From the NCBI GenBank assembly GCA_001724265.1, contig MEDY01000325.1, positions 1 through 64,000 of the forward strand: 64,000 nt of DNA, given 5' to 3'. Source of the stretch: Rhizaria sp. SCN 62-66 (taxonomy: Eukaryota). The first letter of the stretch is position 1. Each line of letters begins with the position of its first letter. Below the pieces are notes generated by a model, which did no database searches, had not been told where the DNA came from, and saw nothing but the letters and a program-made list of their open reading frames with translations. A program made the position numbers and the translations under genes. Positions 1-13,776 of this stretch are shown piece after piece.

Positions 1-241
1 TAAACCACGTAGTTTGATAACTTCTACGAAAGTGCGCCAAAGTCGCAAAAAAAGCGCGAATTCGCGTTTTTTAGTTGACGCTACATAGGGGTTACATGAG
101 TGAGTTCCTTTGCTTGACCATGATCGTGACATGATTCGTCAAAGCCGGATATATATGTATGTTAAAGCAACATGCAGAGTGTACGCGTTGCGGAGAACTT
201 GGTGTGATAATAATCCTGATTTTGTGTTCACAGGAAGACAT

Positions 242-2262
242 TTACATGAAGGTGGCAGCGCTGGTCTCCACGTTCGCGATGTTGTAGCCCTTGGCGATGC
301 GGAAGGTGCCCTCAACGCCCCAGCCAGTGCCGAAAGTCTGCAGTCCGAGCAAATAAAGCACACGTTTAATACGGATAGGAAATACAAGGAGTAGAGTGAG
401 AAAATATGATGCGTGAAATTGTAAAACAGTAATACATCAACATCTACGCCGACCGGTGCAGCTGATTATTCACTAAGTCAACGTACGTTGATGGCAATCC
501 AGTAGGGCCCCTCGACAGGGTCCTTGCCGTAGCCGACGAGCTTGACGACCTGCTCGGAGATGTAGGAGCCCTCGCCGCGGTAGACCTTGTCGCCGATGAA
601 GAGCATGCTGTTGTGCATGGCGATCGTAACGGCCAGCGTGCCGCGCGAGCGCAGCTGGTTCTCCAGCTCATTGACGCCTGCGCGGGAAAGCAGGGAGGAA
701 AACAACGCCAAAGACAATTCGAAAAATTATTAAGGAAGGTGAGTGAACCAGTGATCCATCAATCAATTAGCACAATAAGTTAAAAATGAGTGATATTTGA
801 GATCAATGCGGATTTAAGCGTACCAGAGGCGAGCATGACGATGCGGCCGTCGAGCTGCTTGTCCTTGTCGTAGTCGACCTTGCTGTTGAGGCACTTGTGG
901 AGCTCGACGTCAGGCCCGTCGCGCTTGGCCACGCAGGGCGACTCGTCGAAGCCGCACTTGCGGATGGGGCCCGTGGGGGAGTCCCACTGGCCGTAGCCCA
1001 TGCACTCGGTGCTCACGATGCCCACGGCGGCGACGAAGTCAAACGCGATGGTGCTGTTACCGCCGCGGCAGTGGTCGCCGACATGCACCAGAATGTCGAG
1101 CGCGGCGGGGCGGAAGCCGCCTGTGGCACTGACACCGTTGCTGTGGGCCGAGAAGCCGTGCGTAGCATCGAAGACCTCGCGGGAAAGCCCCAGCGCCTGC
1201 GCGCGCTGCCAGGCGCGCACATTGCCGCGGTCCGCGATGGCCGAGGCCGAGGCGACGGCGTAGGAGCCGGCGCACTTGCCCTGATCCATGGTGAGCTCGA
1301 TGAGTCCGGGCCACTCCTCGCGAGCGTCGTACTCGACGCCGTCGAACACGTGGTACCCCTTGCTGTTGCTGCTGCCGTTGCCCTCCACAACAGAAGAGTC
1401 GTCCTCGCTGTCGAAGAGGGCGGCGGCGAGCGTGTACTCGACGTCGACGCAGGCGAGGCGCGTGCCGGCGGCGGAGAGCACGGCGGCGTTGACGTCGTAG
1501 CGGCCCTTAGGCAGGTCCATGGGCGCCGTCACAGTGTGCTTGATCAGGATCGGGCCCGCAGCAAGGGGGCACGAAACGACGTCGCAAATGTTCACCGTCG
1601 GCTTGATCAGGGGCACGCCGCTCCACTTGACTGTGGGGAGCCCGAAAAATGTGCGAAATGAGTGCGAAGCGAGTGGGGGTAATGTGAGCATAGGACAAGG
1701 TGTTGTGTTAATATCGGTGGTTATTAGTTCAAAGATTCTTGTCGCAGCTATAGTTTCGGCGAGATAACAACGCTTATAGTGTTCATTGATGTTAAAATGA
1801 GACGTACCGACGGCCTTGATGGAGCCGGAGGTGATGGGCTCGGAGGAGTAGGCCGAGAGGGTCACAGTGACCGTGTCGCCCTTCTTGGAGGGCATCTTGG
1901 GGTCAATGCTGATCTGCTTAACCTGTGGTGAGAAAAACAAACAGAGATACAAAGAATGTCATGTGCGTGATTGAGACTATTGTCAAGAAGATGACGAGAG
2001 CTAGGAAACGCAGAGAGTACGCAGCTAAAACAGCTTCCTTAGAAGCAGCACATTGATACATTTATATTTTACAACGTTCTATATAGTATGCTAGATAGGT
2101 ATGTGTTATATCCGCGATCTTTCGTATGCAATAGTTAGGGAAACGTACGGTGATGGTGCCGTTGCCACCGGGGCAGGGGGTGAAGGGAATGTTCTCGGCC
2201 GAGACGACGGCCAGCATGCCGAGGCTGGCGATGAGAAGCGCAATGAAGGACGCAAACTTCAT
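242..2262 (-). CDS. Secreted/lysosomal ML (MD-2/NPC2-like) lipid-binding domain fused to a cathepsin B-like (papain C1A) domain with substituted catalytic residues; 5 exons
   Basis: Exons 2262-2149, 1922-1808, 1630-824, 677-487 and 337-242 join in frame at GT-AG junctions and end in TAA. Signal peptide MKFASFIALLIASLGMLAVVSA. ML-like pattern FTPC...ICDVVSCPLAAG...PKGRYDV...LACV. Papain-like motifs YDAREEWP, DQGKCAGSYA, VKLVGYG, YWIAINTFGTGWGVEGTFRI. Confidence 0.8.
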
Positions 2263-2677
2263 GAGCTAAGCAAGGGTTGACACCAGGTGTGACACGAAAG
2301 AAAAGAAAGTGGGCGTGAGTTGGGAGGCGTTGAGGGGCGGTGAGGCTTGGTTGGCAGCTCGCCAGGCGGAAGATTGGGGATCCGATTTGGGACACCGCCC
2401 AAGCAAAAGGACGCACAGGCAACTAAATAGAATTCACTTCATGCTGTTATTTAAGTAGAATCAAGTTGCAAACTGCAACAACGGACGATTTGGCGAGACC
2501 TGGACTCTGCCGAAATGACGGCGTTATGCGCAACGACGTCGTCGGCGGACTGGAGATGACCGTGAGCATCCCAGCCACCCGTTGGCTCGACAACAGAACA
2601 AGAACCTGAAATGCCGTGTGCGATATATCTGAGCTCTTTAAGTTTTCAAACGCAGATTACGCATTGTTTAAGTCGTT

Positions 2678-5600
2678 ATGTTTTCTATATATTTACGACA
2701 TCTACTGACACCACTATGTCAGCTTCACTTACTCACTTCTAAGACAGATAGCGCTGAAGCTTCGCCGGCCTGCTCGCACATGGCCTCCCCTGCGCTCCCG
2801 CGCATGGCCGCCGCAGCGCCAGCCTTCACCAGCACGGCGTCATTGCGCAGTATGTTTCCACTGAGCTTGGTTGTTGTTACGGCTTCGTCAGACACTGTCA
2901 CGCCTTTCGTCCGTGACGTTCAAAGCATCGCTCGTCGCGTTCCGTCCGCAATCGCACACGCTGCCCCAACCTAGTCAGACCTCTCCAAGCAAGCCAACCA
3001 ATCTGGTTACGGGGCCAACGGGGACGTCACCACTGTTGATGGCGTAAACGTTGCACTTGAGAGTGTTAGTGGAGCTGATACGGCTGTCGGTCTGCTTTGC
3101 TCTCGACTCGCTGAAGCACTCAACCTCGGCCACGCCAGCATGCCGCTGAGCAATGCTCAGCAGTGTGTTGACCCTATGCTCAGTGTCACTGTAGTTCCCG
3201 CATCAAGCCTGCCTTGCAACACCGTGCATGCGGGGAGTCCGCATCTCTGTCACTGTCTCTGTTTATGTGCAGGTGTGGCGAATCCCTCGTGCCACCGCTG
3301 TAACCGCGCAGCCGTCTCCGCCTCGGACGCAGTCGTGGTTGCCTTTCCTCGCGGCGACGCGCTGGCGTTCGCGTCGCTTGTGCGGCAAGCCGGCCCGCCG
3401 CTGCTGCACTTGCACCGACTGAGCAGCGGCGGCGGTGGGAAAAGCAGTGGCGGCGCGCTTGGTGCCATAGCGCCACCGGTGATCATTGTCGAGGTTGATG
3501 GCGAGTGCAACGCTAGTAGTGCGGGCTGCATGGACAAGAGTAGTCGCGCAAACAACCACGTTAGCGCTAGCGTCATGGACACCGTAGCGTCGAGTCTTCG
3601 CATTGCAACCGGCGTTGGCTGCGCGACAAGTGTTAAGCCTGACGACAATGACATCGCGCTGCTTATGCTGCTGCTCAGCTCTGTGACGATCACCACAACA
3701 ACGACGGTAACAACAACGAAGACTCAATCAACTGAAACAACAACGCATGCGTTTATATAGCAGGCAGCGATAAGACACGCGCCGCCAGCCGTAGCAGCGA
3801 GTGCGACTTTACTAGGGCATTATAGTACCGCAGCTGCAGGGGTTACTGCGGCAACAGCATCTCCTCGTGATAGCGCAGCCAAAACGAATGATGCTGGCGC
3901 AGTCGTAACAGGTGATCCGTTTCCGCCCTCGCTTGGTTACCACGATGCGTCGGTGCAACAGGGAGCGGGGCTTGGCGGCAAGACAGTGTTGCCCCGCTAC
4001 ACCCACAGCAGCGAGGAGGACATGAAGGACACGCGGAGCAACACCGAAAAGCCCAAGAGCACTGCTGCGACAGTAGCTGCAAGTCCAGCGTTAAATGCGC
4101 CGGCACCCTTAGCGGTCACGGCGCTTCCGGTAACTGGAACAGTACTCGCTTCTGAAGTGGCCAACCGCACTGTTGGCACACTGGCGCCGGCGGCTACTAA
4201 AGCTAACGGTGTCAGCATCAACACTCGCGGGGCCATAGCGTTCGGGACCAATACTGTGGGACCTGCGACTGATAAGAACTCCACAGTCGGCAGTGCTGGA
4301 AATGTGACCGACTAGGATACCAATGGGGTGACTTCGAGCACACGCACGGTCAAGGCGACAAGAGCTGCTTTGTTTGCACGTTGCCGCGTCCGTGGTGAAG
4401 CCCAACATCAGCAAATGCAAGAGCACTAGCAACAACAGCACGCTTTTCCACACGCGCAACTTGAAGTCCCGGCGGGCCACAGTGCCACATTACGCGCGCG
4501 GCCGCCGCCGTCGCCAGGCGTACCAACATTCGACCTTAGTGCTTTCCTTGCATCCAGTCCTGAGCCCAGTCCGGGTTGTGTTTTCACGCCAAATGCCGAT
4601 AACGCAAAGACGGGCGTTTTTAGTCCTATGAACGCAGGCTTGAATGGGCGCAATGCAAGCGGAACAACGATCGGTGCTGTTGCGCCCATTGCTCAAGGTG
4701 CGCGCGGTTACCAGCAGCTGCCTCTAGGGAACGCAACCAGGAAGCTTTAGACTGAGCTCGAGCTTGACTGTGGGCTGGAAACGGTTGGGATTATTGCTGT
4801 CGTTGCTGTAACAGTGAACGAGGTCCTCACGGCATCACAAGCAAAACCCCGAGCCGCAGTTAAGCCACGGCGGCTTGTGGTTACTCAGGCGGCGTCAGTG
4901 CCACCAGTTCTAAAGACGAAAGTAACTCCAGTCACTCAACCGAAGGCACTTAGCATCAGCGCAACAAGTGCACCCACGGAGCCTTCCACAGCGATTGTGC
5001 CCATTGTCAGGGCGACGTATCTTGTCGGTGATAATAACAGTAGCATCACGGACCCTAGTCTCAGCTACAACGACGCCAGCACCGCTACAGCCAGCACAAG
5101 TGTTAGCAGCGCAGAAAGTGAAAGTACCAGAGTTACAGTAAGCGTAAAATCCAGCACAGCAGTAAACAGCAATAAGAGCACCATTTCAACCGTCGACAAT
5201 CAAGGTCGCAGCCGTGCTCCAAGCGAACTAGGTACGCACACCAATGCCAGAGGCGACAACATTACTGGCGACAAGGGCCTGGCTACTGGGAGCTTTGGAC
5301 TTGGATTCGACACCACCGGCGCCCGTCGACACTTGCCTGTAACGGGTGTTGCGGGAGCTTGCGGCGCAACGGATACTCAGCCAACATCAGCGTCCGCGAT
5401 GCGAAGTGGCATTAAACGCGGTGATCTTGCGGGTGTTGATGGGGAAGCTCTGCACACTTATGCAGCAACTATGCTTACTGGCGGCCGCTCACTTGTTGCA
5501 TGTGGCGGGGGCTCAGCTATGGCTTCCGCCAGGTCTGGTGCAAAGAGTGACACAGCAAAGCGGAGCTATCCGACAAAGACGAGCACGACACCCACGTCGC

Positions 5601-8600
5601 TCGCAACGGTTGCAGCGACAACTGTGCCGGCGACAACAGCCGGACTGTCATCTGGTGCGGCGACAGCGTTTGGGTTGGCGGCGGCAGCTCTATCGCTCAC
5701 CCCAACGGTCGCTCTCGAGTCGCAGCTGGTCCGTCTCGTGAGTGCAAAGACGGAGCCTGGCGCCCCGGGCACTGCGCTAACCCTTGTGCCGCCAACCAAG
5801 CCCCGTGCTGCGTCGGTGCCGCTGCGGGCGAGCCCGCTCACGGAGGCGTCCGGCGCGAGCCCTGCAGGCGCGGACGCGAGTCTTAACACCAGTGCAAGCA
5901 CCGACAGTGAGGGAGCTAAAGCGAAAGCCACTGCGTTGATGCCGCAGCTGTTTGCAATTAGCAGTGATAGTCGCAGTAGCAGTAACATACGGGAGCGGCA
6001 GCTACAGCAGCAGCACTTGCAACAGTCGCAACAAAGGCAGGGCCAAGATCTTTTGCTAGCGAGCAGTATCAGTGATTACGGCACTGGACACAGTGACACG
6101 CGCACAGCGCCTAGCTACATCCATCCGTACCCGCAGCTGAGGACGACAGCAGATGGAGACCTCAACGACCTGAGCGTCTTCTTTGACGCTTTTGACACGC
6201 TTGGTGCCGACACCATGGCGCCCGATGCGGCTGAAAATGCAGGTAAAACGTATATCTCTGGAGGCGATACAGCTGCCGGTCTAAGGATTGCACGCGCAGC
6301 CACAACCACACCTGCTCTAGAAGCCGATACAACGGTCGATGTAGCTGAAGACGTTATTGATGCAGGCACTTCTGCCGCTGCTGAGAACATTGTTGACAAG
6401 GACAGTGCTTCCTCCGGCGCCGTTGTAACAGTGACCTCGGAGCCCGTTGTCGCAACACCGGATCACGAGAGCGGCGGCGGCGTTCGAGGCAAGTTCAAGC
6501 TTAATGGAGCAGCGGCGGCGGCAAAGCGAGCAGAGTATGACGACCGTAACCTTGAGCAAATCCTCTATCCCACCCGAGAAGACGACCACGATGAGAACAG
6601 CGTCCACAGCAGTTTCTTGCTCCGCAATCGCGAAGAGAGCAACGAAAAAGCAAACACGCACGACGTTTCTTTTTCGCGCCGCGAAATCGGCAACACTTTA
6701 CGCGGCAGCCTCCGCAGCGCTATTGCGAGTAGCAAAGACAAATCGACCTTCATTGCTAGTAGTAGCGCTCTTGGTGGCGCCGGCCAAGATGGAAAGGGCA
6801 GCGAGGATAATAGTTTGCGCGCGCAGCAGCAAGCAGCGAAACAAAAGCTAGATCTTGATCACGTGCCTCAAGTCAGCTCTCCAGTGCCGCATGCTCGCTT
6901 GAAGCTTCACGCAAGCCCGTACAGCGGCATTACTACAAACACGAGTCACACTCTTAATATGACCCATGCGCCGCCAATGGGAACAGTAACACCGCTCCAT
7001 ATTACAAGCGCGCCTGCGACTACGGGTCCATCGTTGGTGCCGGCGTTACCACACGGCGGCGTCGTGCATTTGCTCTCAGCGAGCAGCCGCGCCGCTACGC
7101 CTGCCACATCTCCGCGCATGGGCACACGCACGGGCACACATACGACTACAACGACAAGCACCAGCATCAACTTTAGCAGCAACGGTGTCGTTGGCAGTCA
7201 CGGACTCAGTCTGTGCCCCAGTCTAAGCCATGCTAGCCAGGGGCGGGCTCGGAGCCACAGCCATGGCGGTAGTGGCGGCGGCAGCAGCAGCCGGCGCAAA
7301 CGGCTGCAAGCCACTGTCCTAACTGACAAGGCAACTACAGCTGCCCTTGCCGCAGCGGCTGAGGCGGCAACTGCCGCAGGCGCCGGCGTCGGCTCGTTCG
7401 TGCCTGTGCCTTTGCTGCCAGGCTTGTCTCGCGTCAACAGCATTGCCAGCGGCACCAGCGGCACCAGCGGCACCAGCGGCAGTAGTCGCGCCAGCAACAG
7501 TGATGAAGGCGACATCGACGATGATAGCGGAAACCCGCGCACAGGCCCAATGGATAGCACTTTAAGTAGCAATGTTCCAAGCACGACGCTTGAAACATCT
7601 GGTAAAAACCTCATCGGTGGACGCCTTGGCTTTGCCGCCGGTCTCGGTGTTTGGGGAGCAAAGGCTAGTGGCAGCGGCAGCGGTGGGCTGACGAGCTCTA
7701 GCTTGAGTGCAAGTGGCGGTGTTGACGGCGTCAGCGGCGGAGTACTATGGACTCACGGAGGTCGCGGTACTGTATTTGGTGACGAACAAAGCAAAAGCGA
7801 AACCGACAGCACGTGTGTCTATAGTAACACCAGCAATCTCAGCAATGGTGCAAGCGTGACCAGCGAAAGCCTGAGCCCAAGCCGAAGTCGCAGCCGGCAG
7901 AGACACTTTAAGAGCTACGATAATACGTCTACGCCAAGCAGTGACGTCGAGAAAGAGGAATATAGCGCTGAGGCCTACTATAACAAACACGGAACTGGAG
8001 ACGAGCAGTTTCACTTGCACGCGGGCGCGGCGTCTCCAACTAAAGACATAGCACAACTTGCAGCAGTTGCAGCCGCATCAGTAGCGGCAGCAATGGCCGC
8101 GGCCAGTGACAAAACTACTAAATCGCAACGTGCGAGTGCACGTACAACAGACATCGGAACACCCTCCATTCTTGACTCGAGCAAAAGCGCAACAGAGAGC
8201 AGCAACGTTGATGTGGTGCGAGAGTGCAGACAGTTTGTGAAGGGATTGCGCGCCGCCAAAGGCCGCAGTTATAAACACTCGAGGAAACTGTACCAAACAT
8301 ATGCGCCTCATGGCATTGTTCGTGCTCTTAGCGACAGTAAACCTGACTCGGCTGAAGGCGTTAACAAGAGTACCGGGGTTGATGTTGGCAGTCGTCTGAA
8401 CAAAAGCAGCAACAACAAAGACGACGAAGAGTTTGACATGGATGACTTTCTGGGTAACGTAAGTGACAACGTCAGCGACATGGCATTTCGCGACGAAGAT
8501 GATGATCGTGATCACATCAGCGCAACGGGGTCCGGCGCAATCGGCGGCATGTCGCACTCAGGCAGTGTCAGCGTTCTATGCGCTGGTCTTCGCAGGCCTA

Positions 8601-11600
8601 GTCGGAATGCAAGTCGTATCCAGAGTCCATACCTAAGTCGCACTCAGAGCCACGCTCACAGTCACAGTCGAAGCCACAGTCGTGCGCATAGCCGCAGCCG
8701 CAGTCAAAGCCCTGGTCGCACGCATAGCGACAGTGGCAGCTTAAGTCAACGTGATAAGAGCAAAGCAGTTGAGAACATTGGTCAAACCGCAATCACCAAA
8801 AGTAGCAGCCTTGCTGTCAGCCAAGAAATTCCTGGTATTGTGCGCGCTGTAAGTGCCAAGCAGCTTGGTAGCCAGGAAAGCAGCAGCACTAATAGGGGCA
8901 TTGATCCGAGCATTGGTGGCCTTGCAGATAGCAACATTGGCTCTGTCATTGCAACTCCAGCGGCTCCTAGCAGCAATGTCACAAACTACCCATCGAACAC
9001 GGCTACAACTGATACCGCTAAGACGGCTGAGGTTACAACGGGACATGAGATTCTGGCTGTCGACAGTGAGGCCTATCGTGGGCCCGGCACCAACGCACTT
9101 AAGAGCACAGAAAACGACACCGAGAGTGTTTTGGGGAGCGGTAGTGGCAGTGGCACCGGCAGCGGTGAATGTGGCAGTCGTGGCGTTGGAATTGGCGTGC
9201 TAATCCTGCCACCTGCGCTGCAAGACGAGTTTGCAGCCGCAACAGCGTCGTCGAGCAGTCTCTCAACGACTTACGATGAGGAAGACGGAGACTATGTCTG
9301 CAAGCGTACCGAGAGTAGCAGCAGTAGCAGCAGTAGTAGCGGCAGCGCAGACAGTAGCGACAGTGCTCGTGGGCGTGGTGTTGGCAATGGTGGGGGCAAA
9401 AGCAGACTCGATACGAAGAGCTACGCACAGCTCAAGAGCAGCAGCAAGAGCAGTTGTAACGTGGGCAGCAGTGCTTCGAATGTCAACATTAACACCAGCG
9501 CTGGTCCAAGCGCTAGCAGTGACAGCCGCGATAGCCACCGCACATTGAGCACGAGCACGGTGCGGCGCTTGTTTAAGCTTGGCGATGGCAAACAAGATCA
9601 GCTGTACAGTATGGGCGCAAGCGACACTGCTGCCAACAAGGCACAACATAAGACACTGCGATTTGCTGCGTCGAGCACAAACGTGGCTGAAGCGGGTAAG
9701 TTTAGTGCTAGTTCTGCAGAAAGACTGTCACATCATTTGGAGTCGCCCGTGGTGACTCTAAGCAGGGGACGGCAGCGCAGTGTAAGTGTAACAACTGACG
9801 ACGCGGATGGTGATGACGAGGAAAGCACACACCTTGACATCAGTAAAACTCACGCCAAGAGTGAAAACGTCAAAAATAAGGCTGAGATCAGCAGTATTAG
9901 TGCCACAAACAATAGCAGTCGTAGTCGCAACAGCAGCGTTGATGCAAAGCTCAGCTTCGTGGATGACAATGAACACGTAAACAGCAGTAGCAAGAGCAGC
10001 CACAGGCACGTTCGCAGTCAGCGTAGCAGCAACAGCAACAGCCGCAGCCGCAGTCGTAGTCGCAGTCGGGTTCGTTCGAAACAAAGCAGCGCTGGTGGCG
10101 GTGAACGCAACTATATGCGTGAGCAAGAACGCAACCCAAATTTGTTGGTCTTAGACAACCATGCACGCAAACTTGCCGCTGCTGCGTTTGCATCTAGCGC
10201 ACGAGAGAGTTCGACAACAACAGCAACGACTGGAACAGGCTCAAGTGGTCAGGAGGCACAGTCGCAGCGTCCGCCCATGACAGCAGAGCAACAGCAACTG
10301 CAGCAGCGGTACTGGCAGCGGCAACAGCAGCAGCAGTTGAAGCAGAGACATCACAAGTGTGCGTGGGGATACAGGACCCGCTCCCCGCCGCCACTGCGGT
10401 CGCTCTGTGTGTCGCCAGTCGCAACTGCAACAACGCCGCCAACAGTGATCATGCCTAGGATTCTCAAACTAGACACTTCCTCTTGCGCAGATGCGACAAG
10501 CAGCTTGAGCACGAACTCTTCAGGCGTTAACGTCGCACGGGAGCTACCCGTAAAAGCTGGATCTCTGACTGGCATTTGCCCCAACTGTGACGGCAGCAGC
10601 AGCGCAGATACGGCTGGAGTTAGCGCTACAAATGGGCGTAGTGTATCGCGGACGTTGTACTCGCTTAAAGAATACGAAGAAGAGAGTACCGATGGTGATG
10701 ACGCGCGCAAGTCAAGCGCGAGCGCGCGCAAGTCAAGCACGAGCGCAATTCCGAGCAGTATCGCGGGCACAAGTACAACGACTACCGACTCTCGCACCAA
10801 TCTTGCGCAACAGCAACAGACGACGCAGCAACAACAGTTGCAAGGACAGCAGCTTCCCACCACGCAGCAGCGCAAGAGAAGGCGGAGCGCCACCTCGCCT
10901 TTTGCCCTTCCGCTGGCGACGCCCACTGCCGTAAGCGGACACGAGTGGCGGGCCGCTGGCACAGTTGCAGCGCCACGTCAAACGGTTATTGGTCAGCAGG
11001 ATTCTGCCGCAACATCGTCGAAAGCGTTGTTAACACTGCAACCGTCCGACATGGTAAACCAAAATGGCGCAATTGCAGCAAGCCATAGCCGCGACATCAG
11101 TGTTAGCCGTGACCGCGAAAAAACGAAGCGTCGAAGTCGCACTCGCGGTTACGGCAAGACCGGAGAACAGTACGATGGACAACATTAGCAGCTCAGTCAA
11201 CTGAAGTCGCAGCAACGTTTACGCAACGAAGCGCAAAACATCAGCATTAGCAGCAGCATGGATGTTGCGAATAGTGCAAACCATGTCAAGGTTAAGTGCA
11301 GAAGCTGTGGCAATAGCAGCGGTAGCAGCTCGACAACTAAACACAGCACGCAACACAGTGATCCGACATTAAAGCAGACTCATGCACAAACGCATGCCCT
11401 TGCACACGCCCCTGTGCAAACTCGTTCACAAACACTGATGCAGCCGCAGCCACATCTTGAGACGCGTGTCGTTTCAATGCCAATCACACTTCATATGCCA
11501 ACCAGTATTAACGCAAAAACGTATTTGGACGCGGGAGTCAATGCAAACACAAGTACAAACGCGGGCACAGTTCGAAACGTTGGCGGTATCGTGAGCGGCA

Positions 11601-12844
11601 GTGACCAAATTGTATGTTTCAAGCGCACCCACAGGCCCGGCGCCCGCACGGCCGCGCCAAGCCGCGCGACAAGCCCAGTCCCCGGTCTGGTCGCGGGCGG
11701 CCAGTCGGCGCTCGCGGCGTCGCTGGCCGCAGGGCGCCACGGCAGGGCCTGTGCGGATAGCGCAGGCCACGCGGTTGCTGTTGGAATTGCGGGGCCGACG
11801 CGCGCGTTTGTGTTACAGCAATTGGGAGAGCTTGCTGCGGCTACAGCGGCTGAGGAAGAGGCTGTGGTCGCTGCGGCATCAACTGGCGCAGCTGCAAAAC
11901 ACGGCGGTAAGCCGGCGGCTGCAGAGATGAGCGGAGTGAATGTAAGCAATGGACTAGTCTGGCAGCCGCATCAACAGCCGCAGCAGCAGCACGACGTTGT
12001 CATAATTGGCCGAACCAACAGCAGCGACCGTGAGCACAGCAGCTTACACAGGCACAGCCATGACACTGTCAGTGATCACGGCCACCACGGCGCTCACAGC
12101 CACCGCCTTGGCCACGCTCGTGACCACGCACGGCCTCACCGCGTTCACCGCGCCGCAGACGGCAGCCTGACAATTGACCGCGAGCCCACGCCCCCAAGCG
12201 GCCGCGACCAGTGGCTGGCTTTCCTCACCCGCCTCTGCTTCACCGCGCCCGCGCCGCCGGCCGACCGCAGCAAGGGTGAACTTGGCGGCACGTTGACGCT
12301 GCACAGGCTGGGCGTTGGCTCAAGCGTGATCATTGGAAACCTCAATAAGCTTCACACTGACCCGCAGAGAAACGTCGGTGCTCATATTCGCACTGGTCCA
12401 CGCGCACATGTTGACGATCGCCAAGATAAACCTATGAGTGAGCTTGCAAACAAAGCCGATGCAGCGGCAGATGACGCGCACAGCGATAGCAAAAGCAGTC
12501 GCAGTGAACGGGGACGCCGCCGTGATCGTGGGGGACAGAGCGGTCCTGTTGGGAAGAGCGGAAGTGATGCCCACGGAAGCGCGCACGTCAGATGTAGCTC
12601 TAGCGCTGGCGTTAAGACTAGCACGCCCAAGAGCGATATCGGCGACGCTACTGTCTCCACCACAGCGACCTCTGCGACGCCGCCAGTGGTGGCTGCGGTG
12701 CGGGCCTCAGCTGCGGCAGCGGCTGCAACGGCGGCAACAATCGCCGCCAAAGCAACGGAAGCGGCTGCGGAGTCTGCCGGCGTGCCGGGCGTGGTGCTTG
12801 TGCTCGCGCGCGCCCGGTCAGCGCCGAATATGAGGGCGAAGTGA
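2678..12844 (+). CDS. Giant (~3,390 codon) Ser/Ala/Thr-rich low-complexity protein of unknown function; one frame if TAG is a sense codon
   Basis: ORF-track pieces 2678-2974, 3140-3760, 3953-4315, 4814-11188 and 11258-12844 share one frame. They are separated only by TAG (2972, 3758, 4313, 4427, 4748, 11186), with no in-frame TAA/TGA until TGA at 12842-12844. The true start is uncertain (ATG 2678, ATG 2780 or an upstream exon). No domain recognised. Confidence 0.65.
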
Positions 12845-13776
12845 CGAGGACCAGTTGGTAGCTTGCGTCGTCCGACAACCCCTATAGATTATTCAAGAAC
12901 ATTTCGATTCAAAGCAAAGCAATACAGTGATGGTTATGGCAAACGACAGTCGTTGTGATATTAGCGTGTGTATTGTAATTACATTGGTACTATTATGCTA
13001 GGATAATTGATTGATGCACACGCAACCGAGCTGGGTGTTAGCGTTAAAATGAAATATGTAGAGCATGTGAAAGCGAAAAAGAGTTATGATGATGTGGTGG
13101 TGGTGATGGGAGAAAGCGTGCAAAAGGAAATGAGACAAAGGAAACATGACTTTTCATGAGTATAAATTACATAAACCTCGCAACGATGAATGTGAAACAG
13201 AGAGAGAACAGCAGCACAGGGGCGACAACGCAAGAGAGTGCATGGGCGTAGAGAAAAGCGGCGTAGAATAAGCTAGACTAAACACAACGTGCGCAATTTG
13301 CACATATAGTTAGCTGGAAGATATCGCATTAGAGAGAAAAACTAACACTGAGGCTAACACCACACAGAAGCTATTGGTGCTGGCGCTGATATGACTGCTC
13401 GTGTGGATGAAGGAAGAACAGACAACAAAACAAACGAGAACGAGAAAGAAAATATAGCAAATTACACAGAAAGAAACTGACATCAAAAGAGAGCGACAAA
13501 AATAATGAATGAAACTAAGCCGAAAATATGAAAGTATCACTAGACAGCAGCAAAAAACATATTTTAAGAAGAGAGAAAACAGTGTGCATGAATCGGTGGC
13601 TTTAAACTGGATAAAACAACGAAAACAGCATATAAATTACCATTATATAAAAAAGCCAAGACAACCAAAAAGGTAAAGAGAAAGCAAATGAAGCCAAATG
13701 AATAACCTCAGCAAGAGCATCTAGCTGCTCAACTTGAAGCGCATTGCGGCTTAATTTCCGTGTGACGCGGTGAGGC

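Noticed and set aside
47-72. Palindrome CGCGAATTCGCG flanked by A7 and T6, resembling an intrinsic terminator
   Set aside because: Eukaryotic context, a single short occurrence and no supporting feature.
1631-1807. In-frame 59-codon segment in ORF 780-1952 (similar cases at 52856-53011 and at the 5' ends of several track ORFs)
   Set aside because: AT-rich, bounded by GT...AG and interrupting conserved domains. These are stop-free introns, not coding insertions.
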